DNA of 64,000 nucleotides from the NCBI GenBank assembly GCA_012295275.1, contig CM022670.1, positions 41,230,001-41,294,000 of the forward strand. The letters are read 5' to 3'. Source of the DNA: Chrysomallon squamiferum (Eukaryota; Animalia; Mollusca). This document shows, piece by piece, positions 12,101 through 20,160 of this stretch. A program made the translations under genes and the position numbers. The notes under the pieces are model-generated. The model was given only the letters and a program-made list of their open reading frames with translations. It made no database searches and was not told where the DNA came from. The stretch's first letter is position 1. The number at the start of each line of letters is the position of its first letter.

Positions 12101-15100
12101 CAGAACATTAATTCTGACATCTGGTCAGATCGCTGTGTGTGTGAAATCAGTACATCCAGTTTACCAGTGTAACAGTGTTTGTATGGAAATAGCATGCAGC
12201 AAGTTAACATAGGTTTTCATTTGGTAAGATTGTAATTGTCCAGATTGAATATTAAGTACCAGTGGTAGACTATGGTGTTTTATGATTTATTTATTTATTT
12301 ATTATTATTATTATTATTACTATTATTACATATTTTTTCAATTTTTTTTATTTTCATGTTTTTGTTTTCATTGTAATGTAATAATTATCTCTGCTTTTTG
12401 AAAATGCTGAGCTGCTGATTAACTGTTTTCAGTTTGTGTCATAAAAAGAAAATTGAAAAATTGTTTTAATAACAGAATGTGTCAGTGGTTGAGTTGTAGC
12501 TGTGTTTTTGTTACAGTCTGGGTGTACACGCGTTTGATCTGGCTCGATGCTGTACAGAGTTACCTTACTTCCCTCATGTCCTAGAACTTTTACTTCACGA
12601 AGTTCTCGAAGCCGAAGCAACATCGAAAGATCCAATTCCAGGTCTGTGTTTGTAGCAAAAAACATTTATTATTATCTTATAACACAAACAGCATTTGTTA
12701 CCAGGTCTGTGTTATGTAGAATATTTCTCTTTCTGTTATAACATATATCATTTGATTATTGGTATTTTTATTATGATGTCTTATTTTTGGTTATGAATGT
12801 TTACAAATATATAATTTAACTACTTTAAATATTCAGTGTACAAGTGTAGAACATTAGAAATATCAGAGTTGCCTGTAATAGACTTAAAAAAGGATCTCGA
12901 TGTTTTCACATGAAGAAACTTTATAACAATATATCTGTTTATTTATTTCTGTATTTACTTATATATTTATTTTATTTATTTATTTATTTACTTATTCATT
13001 TATTTATTTAATTTATATTTATTTATATATTTATATATATTTATATATTTATTTATATATTTATTTATTTATATATTTATTTATATATTTATATATTTAT
13101 TTATTTATATATTTATATATATTTATATATTTATTTATATATTTATTTATTTATATATTTATTTATATATTTATTTATTTATATATTTATTTATATATTT
13201 ATTTATATATTTATTTATTTATATATTTATTTATATATTTATTTATATATTTATTTATATATTTATATATATTTAAATATTTATTTATATATTTATTTAT
13301 TTATTTATTTATTTATATATTTATTTATTTCAGACCCGCTGTTACCGAGGGTGGTTGCGTTCATCCAGGAGTTTCCCGAGTACCTGCAGACCGTGGTTCA
13401 CTGCGCCAGGAAGACCGAGGTGGCGCTGTGGCCCTACCTCTTCTCCACCGTGGGGAACCCCAAAGACCTGTTTGAGGAGTGCCTCGTCAACGGCAAGCTG
13501 ACAACAGCAGCTACATACCTCATCATCCTGCAGAATCTGGAGATGCCTATGGTCAGTCGACAGGTTTGTTATCTGTTGTTTTTACTCTTTAGTTGATTTT
13601 AGCTTCTTTTTAGCAACGTTTTTGTCACGATTGTTATCTTGTGTTTTTAAATCATCTTTATTTTTTCATTTTAGGATGATTTGTGATGAATTGTTTTATT
13701 CTTGTTGTTATTATTATTATGGATTTGATTATCTTAATTCATTTTAACTTTTTTCAACTTATCCTTTATATTTGGTTTGAATTTTAACATTTTATGGTTT
13801 GAATAATTTTTTTTTTATCATGTTTGGTTTTATTGTGATATATAAATTTGTATAAAATTAAGGTATTTTTATATAATTTTTATTATTCTGATTTGTAATT
13901 TTTAAATATTTTTCCCAGCATGCCACTCTGCTGCTGGACTCTGCACTGGACAATGAGGACTGGGAGATAGCACATGACCTGGTTCGCTTCCTCAAAGCTA
14001 TCGGTGAGAAACACAACTCCAGTTTTAATATAAAATATACATTTCTTTTCATTGTTAATTTTCCTCCATACATTTTTTAAAATTTTATCCTGATTCAAGA
14101 TAATTTGTAAAAACAAAAATTAATTTTTTAAATTTATTATTATTTTTTTTTTATTTTTTTTATTAATCCATCATTTTATAAAGATTTTATTTATTATTTT
14201 TTTAATATATTTTTTTTAATTTAAATTGAAAATTTAAATAAAACTTTTGGTGAAAATGTGTTCTCTTGATTCAGTTTGGATCAGTACTCATCACTGATTT
14301 ATTGTGAATATTTCTATTCCTGTATTAAGATTAACACACAAAACACAGTCTGTGTGCTGACTGGCCTGTCTGTAGGAAAATACAAACAAATAACACAAGT
14401 TTTACTCCCCAGACTTTGTATCAGTATTACCTGGAGCCACTCATACAGTATTTAGCAGTATGCTTTAGTATTATCATTAAAGAAATTACATCCATAAGCT
14501 GAAAGAAAAATTAACCTGTAAGTGAGGCTCTTAGACAACATAATACTTTTTTTTTTTAAATTTCTTTTTTTGTAATAACTTAATTTTTGATATTCAGATC
14601 CAAATGATGTTGAATCAGCAGCTATCTCAGGTGCAATGAGTCGAGTAGCAACAGCATCACCATACACGTCGGGTACACTGAGTCCTCCAATCACACCCAC
14701 AGACAATGATCCCTTCAACTACAGCAACGTCAGTAATGTGGGACGGTGCTGAACATCAACGTCCAATGAGAGACATCACCACGAAAATGACAGTTGATCC
14801 AATGAGAAGACACAGTTTTAAACCTAAACTTTTAAAATGACAAATGACAGTCAGACCCCCTCACTGCCAAAAAAGTTTAACATTTAGTTTTATTTATTTG
14901 TTTTAATAGTCTAATGAAAAACAGTAACATTTAAAGTCTTTATTTTATTTGTTTTAATAGTTTAATGAAAATAACAGTCTCATAAAAAAGTTGAGTTTTA
15001 AAAAGTCATTTTAATGTTTAATTACATTTATTTCAAATACACAAACACATAAACACACACACACACACACACACACACCAGAATATATTTTTTTAACTTT

Positions 15101-18100
15101 AAATTATGTGTATTATTTGATGTGTTTTTAATTTCATATTTTCTGACATATAATATTTGTATTTTAATAAGAATACATAAAAAACAACAAGAATATAGCA
15201 TTACAGAATGGCATTATGTATGAATGTTAATAATTTTATTTAATATTATTTTATTTTACGCATTTATTAAATTATTTATGGTTATAATTATTTACTAGTA
15301 TAATTGTTTACTATTTATAATAATTTACTTACGATAATTATTTACTAATGATAATAAATTACTAGTTATAACTATTTACTAGTTACAATTATTTACTAAT
15401 GATAATAAATTACTTCTTATATTTATTTTCTAGTTATAATTATGTGCTAGTTATAATTATGTACTAGTTATAATTATTTTCTAGTTATAATAATTCACTA
15501 ATGACAATTATTTACTAGTTATAACTATGTGCTAGTGATACTTGTGTGCTAGTTATAATTATGTGCTAGTGATAGTTGTGTGCTAGTGATAGTTGTGTGC
15601 TAGTGATAGTTGTGTGCTAGTGATAGTTGTTGTTAGTTATAGTTATGTGCTAGTGATAGTTGTGCTGTATTTGTAGGAGTCATGGTAAAGGTAAGAACAG
15701 TGAGCTGACTGCTGATCAGGTGTACATAGACATGATACTGAGTCGCCACGCACGCAAGTTACTGGGTTCAAATCGCATCAGGACCCTGGGGTACTTCTCA
15801 GCCAATGTTGACGACTTCGGAACCGTTTCTTGGCTTAGACAAGAGAGGTAAGTTTTCTTCCTAAATCTCTTCAACTTTTTTCTTTTTATCAGTAAAATAA
15901 CATACAGAGATCTGACATTCTGCTTCCCTGCACCAACAGCATTTGTTTTCTAGACAGTAGTATATATTTTTGATTGGCACCATATTTTAAAAAAACTACA
16001 AAAAAAAAATAAATATTAAAATTCAAATTATTGGTGTTTTAATCTATTTTGATAAATCCAGTTAACTGAATCAGTTGTATGTTTAAATGATTTTAGCTTG
16101 AAAGATTTTTTTTTTTTTTAGAGAGTGTTTGGCTGAGGAGCAAGTCTCAATGTAAGATTATAAAAGTTACACAAAACTTGCAGTAGAAACGTGTTAATAT
16201 TTGTTTGTTAATTCTGTAAGACTTTTATTAATTTGTATATCTCACTGTCAAACTCAGTATCTGTAATACTGTGACATTGTTAGTTTAAATTATCAATTGT
16301 GTTTGTTAGTTTAAAATATCAGTTGTGTTTGTTTTTGTGCAGAGTGAGAGCAGCTAAGGTTGAAGACTTCGTGACGGCGTTGCGTGACATACACCAACAG
16401 TTTGAGTGGCCGATGCCTATTTTGTCTTTCACTGCTTATCAACAGCTGAAGAAAAATCTCGCTTGTGAGTGTGTGGGGACTTTTTCTTTCTTTCTATGAA
16501 TTTTTACCTTTCATATATTTGAAAGTATGTTAACATTTATAACACTGATTAAGTTAAATCACATACCTGTTTTATGTTACAGTGTGCATGTATTTTTCAT
16601 TGCAGTGATAACGTACAAGTTTCAGTTTCTCTGTAATTGAAAATTTAGCAGGATTCACAACAACAACAAATAAATAAAAGTGATAAATAAAAATAATTTT
16701 TAAATATTTTTCCAGACTCGACTTCCAGCCTGGCTTCGTCGTCGCTGCTTGATGACGATGTTCAGAGTCCTGTCAGTAACGGTGACAGGTGTGAGATGTC
16801 AAGCCACGACACCCTGCAGTCCCTGCCCTCAGTCCACTCTACCCCCTCCCAGTCTTCCCTCCTCCCCTCCACATCAGACGAAATCTTCCTCAAACCTCAG
16901 ACACCGAAAGGTTTGTCTTGTTTCTCACTTCTTAATGGCTTTGATTACAGAGAATAAATATTAAACTTTACTTTTACTTTCTTTATGATGTAGATCATTT
17001 TTATCCTCTCATATTTCATGTTTCTGCTTTTCACATTGATAACTACAGGTCAAGGATTCCTTATCCAAAATGCTTGGGATCAAAAACGTTTTGGATTTTG
17101 GAATATAAGGACGTCCCAGAAAATATGGTCAAAGTCTGAACACAAATTCCATTTATATTTCATATACAGTTTATACCAATAGTCTGCAGGAATTTTTATA
17201 TGATATTTTTAATAATTTGGTTCATGAAATGAAGTTTGTTAATGTAAAATAATCCAAAAACTGTAAGACATCAACAGAAAAGGTTTTGGGACTTTTTAGA
17301 TTTTTGAGTTTCTGTTAAGGGATCCTCAACCTGTTCTTAGTTTTATATTTTAACACATCTTAAATTTGCCATCACATACAAATTAAACAGTAGAGTAGTA
17401 TTAAAATAACTTTAATGTACACATATATAAAAATAAATATTATTTTAAACTAAATAAAGCTATATTGTTGCTGAATTTAATGATGTTGTTGTTGCAGAGG
17501 ACAGCAGTGTCACAACGTTGGAGGTGTCAGACAGCAGTTCACTGCTTGGCGAATTTGAGGTGGTCAGTGATTCCATTCTGTCCAGTGACCTCATTCCACC
17601 TGACCTTGAACAGCTGACCCAGGAAGTGGCCAACAAGGGCCCACAACAGTCTGAAATAGAACTCAGGTTTGTGTAGAGTTTTTTAATTCATTCATTTATT
17701 ACATTAATTTTTAAATATTTGTTTAATAATTGTCTCAAGTACAATAAATTACCAAATATTTACTAGTAAAACCAGACTGTTAAAAGCCCATATTTGTAGA
17801 GACATCTGTGGTATTTACTACAGATATTTCTGGATGTGTATTTAAACTTTCTAATGTGTGTTATTTATAAATGTTTCTAGAGATGTTACTTTCAGGTATT
17901 TGCTACAGATATTTGCTGCAGATATTTCTAGAGATATATTTAAACTAACACAATTACTATAAATGTTACTTTCAGGTATTTGCTGCAGATATTTCTGGAA
18001 GCAGGGTGTTTGGAGTGGGCCCTCATTGTGGCTATAGTGCTGAGAGACTCTGTGGGGGTGACGAGGACAGTGAACACAGCCAGCCTGACCGACACCCCGC

Positions 18101-18761
18101 TGGACATGGCTGGACGCATGCGAGAGGGTCTGTCGTACTTGGAACTGTGGGCAGACACAGAATGGTCAGTGTGCTGTTTTTAAACACGTTATTTTTAAAA
18201 ATAATATTTGTTTGGGCTTTTTAAAATGTTTTTTATTTTTTAAATTTCATAAAGAAACCAAAACACGGTGAAACCAAAATTCAGAAAATGGAATTTAAAT
18301 AAAAGTATTATAAATCAGAGTTTTCTATTTTTTTTATAGATATGTTTTATGTGTGTGTGTTATTTTTTTTTTTTTGTGTGTGTGTGTGTGTGTGTGTGTT
18401 TGTTTGTGTTTGTTTGTTTGTTTGTTTGTTTATATAAACTTGAATTTTCTGTTTTATTCAAGCTGCTGGATATTAACCTCTCAATAAAATAAGGTTTTGT
18501 TGTTATTTTTGCAGCATTGGCTACAAGCCGTTTTTCTCCAGTATTAAGAGTCAGGTTCTCATCCTGGACAAGATTGTGGAGCAGACAACCAGACCGTCTC
18601 TGGAGGTGGAGATAGAGCCAACTGAACCGGTCTCGGTTGAGGAGGGCAACTCCTCTCCGGTTGCCCAGACAATGAGAAGTGATAACCCCGAACTCTCAGT
18701 TCTCAAAGAGGAGGTTGTTGCCCAGGTTGAGGAGGAAAGCACAGACTGTCTGATTTCTTGA
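881..18761 (+). CDS. RIC1: RIC1 orthologue (Rab6 GEF complex subunit), 5'-partial, 26 coding exons in window
   Basis: The spliced translation carries motifs I recognise from metazoan RIC1: [166 protein letters not shown]-terminal DCLIS*. All resolved junctions are GT-AG with matching phases. Confidence 0.96.
1583..1674 (+). CDS. RIC1: RIC1 exon (SAHGVWAQ...YRLMAFGCR)
   Basis: ttttcag| ... |gtaaac; phase 0 to 2. Confidence 0.93.
2133..2221 (+). CDS. RIC1: RIC1 exon (GQGVVYMID...[12 protein letters not shown])
   Basis: ctttcag| ... |gttagt; phase 2 to 1; read-through gives GGT TAG so the first donor must be used. Confidence 0.92.
2185..4119 (+). repeat. Compound minisatellite (29-bp and 61/63-bp units) built from the RIC1 exon 3' end plus donor site
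   Basis: Units gttagtcatatcaagtaaagactatccag and gtt(a/g)g(t/c)catatcaagtaacaatttagtcacacaaactagtcatatcaagtaaagactatccag are directly visible. Confidence 0.97.
4365..4509 (+). CDS. RIC1: RIC1 exon ([16 protein letters not shown]...WSVFG...TLGGDY)
   Basis: gttgtag| ... |gtatta; phase 1 to 2. Confidence 0.93.
4877..4925 (+). CDS. RIC1: RIC1 small exon ([16 protein letters not shown])
   Basis: ttttcag| ... |gtaggt; 49 nt; required to convert phase 2 to 0 between the flanking exons. Confidence 0.82.
5533..5676 (+). CDS. RIC1: RIC1 exon ([10 protein letters not shown]...[10 protein letters not shown])
   Basis: atttcag| ... |gtatgt; 144 nt, phase 0 to 0. Confidence 0.93.
5659..5985 (+). repeat. 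73-bp tandem repeat containing the exon end and donor (4-5 copies, decaying)
   Basis: tctgtcaacccttgtata|gtatgtctacatcatttag at 5659, 5732, 5805; degenerate near 5880 and 5960. Confidence 0.92.
6410..6883 (+). repeat. 32-bp minisatellite gaagatagtgaattgtatgtgtatacagttaa
   Basis: About 14 clear copies, with degenerate copies back to about 5990; ends 16 nt before the exon at 6900. Confidence 0.93.
6900..7100 (+). CDS. RIC1: RIC1 exon ([15 protein letters not shown]...SNWPIR)
   Basis: gtttcag| ... |gtaagt; 201 nt. Confidence 0.95.
7503..7613 (+). CDS. RIC1: RIC1 exon (YSAVDRAG...[10 protein letters not shown])
   Basis: tttgcag| ... |gttagt; 111 nt. Confidence 0.95.
8229..8318 (+). CDS. RIC1: RIC1 exon ([13 protein letters not shown]...[10 protein letters not shown])
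   Basis: ttttcag| ... |gtaaac; 90 nt. Confidence 0.94.
8611..8776 (+). CDS. RIC1: RIC1 exon ([14 protein letters not shown]...SVERKNTHP)
   Basis: tgaacag| ... |gtatgt; phase 0 to 1. Confidence 0.93.
8885..9152 (+). repeat. Imperfect (ATTT)n microsatellite
   Basis: Direct reading; ends just before the acceptor at 9165. Confidence 0.9.
9166..9273 (+). CDS. RIC1: RIC1 exon ([12 protein letters not shown]...YIPHP...LTSES)
   Basis: gtttcag| ... |gtaaac; phase 1 to 1. Confidence 0.93.
9584..9708 (+). CDS. RIC1: RIC1 exon ([12 protein letters not shown]...[17 protein letters not shown])
   Basis: gttgcag| ... |gtgagt; phase 1 to 0. Confidence 0.94.
10106..10234 (+). CDS. RIC1: RIC1 exon (LPFCPP...[13 protein letters not shown])
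   Basis: gttctag| ... |gtgagt; 129 nt. Confidence 0.95.
10833..10929 (+). CDS. RIC1: RIC1 exon (VWLPLYPR...[13 protein letters not shown])
   Basis: ttttcag| ... |gtaagt; phase 0 to 1. Confidence 0.95.
10960..11330 (+). repeat. 22-25-bp minisatellite acagctgt(g/a)ttt(g/a)tgatt(g/a)tttt containing the acceptor
   Basis: Fills nearly the whole intron; the last unit supplies cag|ctgtgtt at 11321-11330. Confidence 0.92.
11324..11439 (+). CDS. RIC1: RIC1 exon ([11 protein letters not shown]...CTLERT)
   Basis: tttacag| ... |gtaacc; phase 1 to 0. Confidence 0.93.
11913..11959 (+). CDS. RIC1: RIC1 small exon ([15 protein letters not shown])
   Basis: ttttcag| ... |gtaagt; 47 nt, phase 0 to 2. Confidence 0.94.
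11974..12087 (+). repeat. 38-bp tandem repeat x3
   Basis: ctgataaaacagagtgaaat at 11974, 12012, 12050. Confidence 0.92.
12517..12641 (+). CDS. RIC1: RIC1 exon (LGVHAFDLA...LPYFPHVLE...TSKDPIP)
   Basis: gttacag| ... |gtctgt; phase 2 to 1. Confidence 0.95.
12940..13330 (+). repeat. (ATTT)/(ATATATTT) compound microsatellite
   Basis: Almost pure A/T; runs directly into the cag| acceptor at 13333. Confidence 0.92.
13334..13563 (+). CDS. RIC1: RIC1 exon, RIC1 domain core (PLLPRV...CARKTE...VSRQ)
   Basis: atttcag| ... |gtttgt; phase 1 to 0. Confidence 0.96.
13919..14003 (+). CDS. RIC1: RIC1 exon ([10 protein letters not shown]...VRFLKAI)
   Basis: ttcccag| ... |gtgaga; phase 0 to 1. Confidence 0.94.
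14598..14745 (+). CDS. RIC1: RIC1 exon in variable linker (PNDVESAA...NVSNVG); 3' end uncertain (14745 or 14874)
   Basis: tattcag| phase 1 start; frame open to TGA at 14750. Phase-2 donors exist at 14746 (gtgctg, weak) and 14875 (gtttaa, beyond four in-frame stops). Confidence 0.6.
15280..15668 (+). repeat. ~17-bp minisatellite grading from tttactagttataatta to tgtgctagtgatagttg
   Basis: Direct reading; ends 8 nt before the exon at 15677. Confidence 0.88.
15677..15847 (+). CDS. RIC1: RIC1 exon (SHGKGK...[14 protein letters not shown]...WLRQE)
   Basis: tttgtag| ... |gtaagt; phase 2 to 2. Confidence 0.92.
16343..16464 (+). CDS. RIC1: RIC1 exon ([10 protein letters not shown]...FEWPMPI...KNLA)
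   Basis: tgtgcag| ... |gtgagt; phase 2 to 1. Confidence 0.93.
16716..16910 (+). CDS. RIC1: RIC1 Ser/Pro-rich exon (STSSLASS...[10 protein letters not shown])
   Basis: tttccag| ... |gtttgt; open frame, phase 1 to 1; GC-rich island in an AT-rich intron. Confidence 0.85.
17046..17333. mobile_element. pogo/Tigger-type MITE (Tigger4/Zombi-like), 288 bp
   Basis: Imperfect TIRs: CAGGTCAAGGATTCCTTAT versus the reverse complement of the right end, CAGGTTGAGGATCCCTTAA (15/19). TA on the left flank, TT on the right. Internal sequence resembles my recollection of Tigger4a/b. Confidence 0.8.
17498..17666 (+). CDS. RIC1: RIC1 exon (DSSVTTLE...[12 protein letters not shown])
   Basis: gttgcag| ... |gtttgt; phase 1 to 2. 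Confidence 0.92.
17976..18164 (+). CDS. RIC1: RIC1 exon ([14 protein letters not shown]...WADTE)
   Basis: ctttcag| ... |gtcagt; phase 2 to 2. Confidence 0.94.
18515..18761 (+). CDS. RIC1: RIC1 last coding exon (IGYKPFF...[10 protein letters not shown])
   Basis: tttgcag|; phase 2 start; TGA at 18759-18761. Confidence 0.93.
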
Positions 18762-20101
18762 TGAATTTTAACTTAATACTTCAATTACACTTAATTTTTA
18801 ATTATCACTAATGAAGAATGAAAGTGCACTGCAAATGGTGACATCAGGGTTAAAGTTGAAAAAACAACATCTAACTAACTGACTAACTAACTAACAGGAA
18901 AATGGCAGAAAAAAAAGAGGAAAAGTTAGTGTTTTTCATCTGTGTATGCTCCAGCAGAGGGATTAGATTGTTCATGTTTGAAACAGATTTGTGAAGGGAT
19001 GCAGGTTAAGGATGTGACTGTGAAAAGATGTGAAGCTTGGATTACGTTTGGAAGGTTGAAGATGGTGGGATGGAATGGTTGAATGTTTGTGGAAATACTG
19101 GAGTACATTGGTTTGTTTGAAAATGAAATAGTCATAACTCTGTGATATCAACACACAAGGAACTCTTGTTGATCAGTGTATCTGGTTTGTTTAGAAAAAT
19201 CTCTAAAAAAGCTCACAGGAGAGTTGTAAGTTCAAGTTAAATGCTGATCAGTTTCGCGAAAATATTTCAGCTCTTGGTAAATATTTATTTAACTCCCAAG
19301 TCAAATTGAAATCTTGTTTAAAACAAAAAAAAAATTGTTCTTTCACATTCTGGACAAATTTCTGCTGAGTTTTGTCTTACGTTTGTTTTTATTACTTACA
19401 AACAATCATATTATTATGAAAGGGTAATGTTCACTCAGAACAAAAAATCCTTTCAGACTAAGTCAGGTTTTGTCATTAATATTTATCATATTTATTTACA
19501 CTAATAACAAAAATGTTTTTTACATTTTATATCTCACTACTGATACACAACAAGAATTTTTTTTTTTGTCTTGTAGACTAATTCTGGTTGGTGACGGTGA
19601 CAAAATTAGTCTGATAGATTCACATGAATATTCATGACTCACTTGTTGAATATTTATATTGGAAAACCATTCTGGATGTTGAGGAATTTTTACATAACTT
19701 AAAACTCTACGATTTTAACTTCATGTATTCTCCACTCTCAAAAGACAATCTTTTCTTTTTTACTTTTAACAATTTTATCATCCAAGCATTGTATTTAAAC
19801 CAGTCATCACAAACAACATTCAAACACTTTGTTAATTTTGAAATCCTTCTGTTAATTCAGAAAGAATAACTAATTTTTAAAAATAAAAGAACCAGTAATT
19901 CTTCAAAAGTTTAAACATCAATTTTAGATGTAAAAAAAAAAAAATAATAATAAAAAAAACATTGAAGAAAATTAAGTAAATGATCATTTATAAATTATCT
20001 TTTAAAGTTTAGAAACTTGATTCATTTTGTTTGACAATGAATAAGTATATTTTGGATTTAAAAATCTCAGTTTGGGCTAAAACAAACCTAGTAATTCTAT
20101 C

Positions 20102-20160
<59 letters not shown>

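Noticed and set aside
14750-14752. In-frame TGA as selenocysteine or programmed read-through in RIC1
   Set aside because: Followed by a further TGA and two TAA in the same frame; RIC1 is not a known selenoprotein and I identified no SECIS.
12429-18742. Minus-strand ORFs overlapping RIC1 exons (12429-12665, 13858-14073, 14452-14718, 17940-18158, 18551-18742)
   Set aside because: Antisense shadows of GC-richer coding exons; no independent gene signal.
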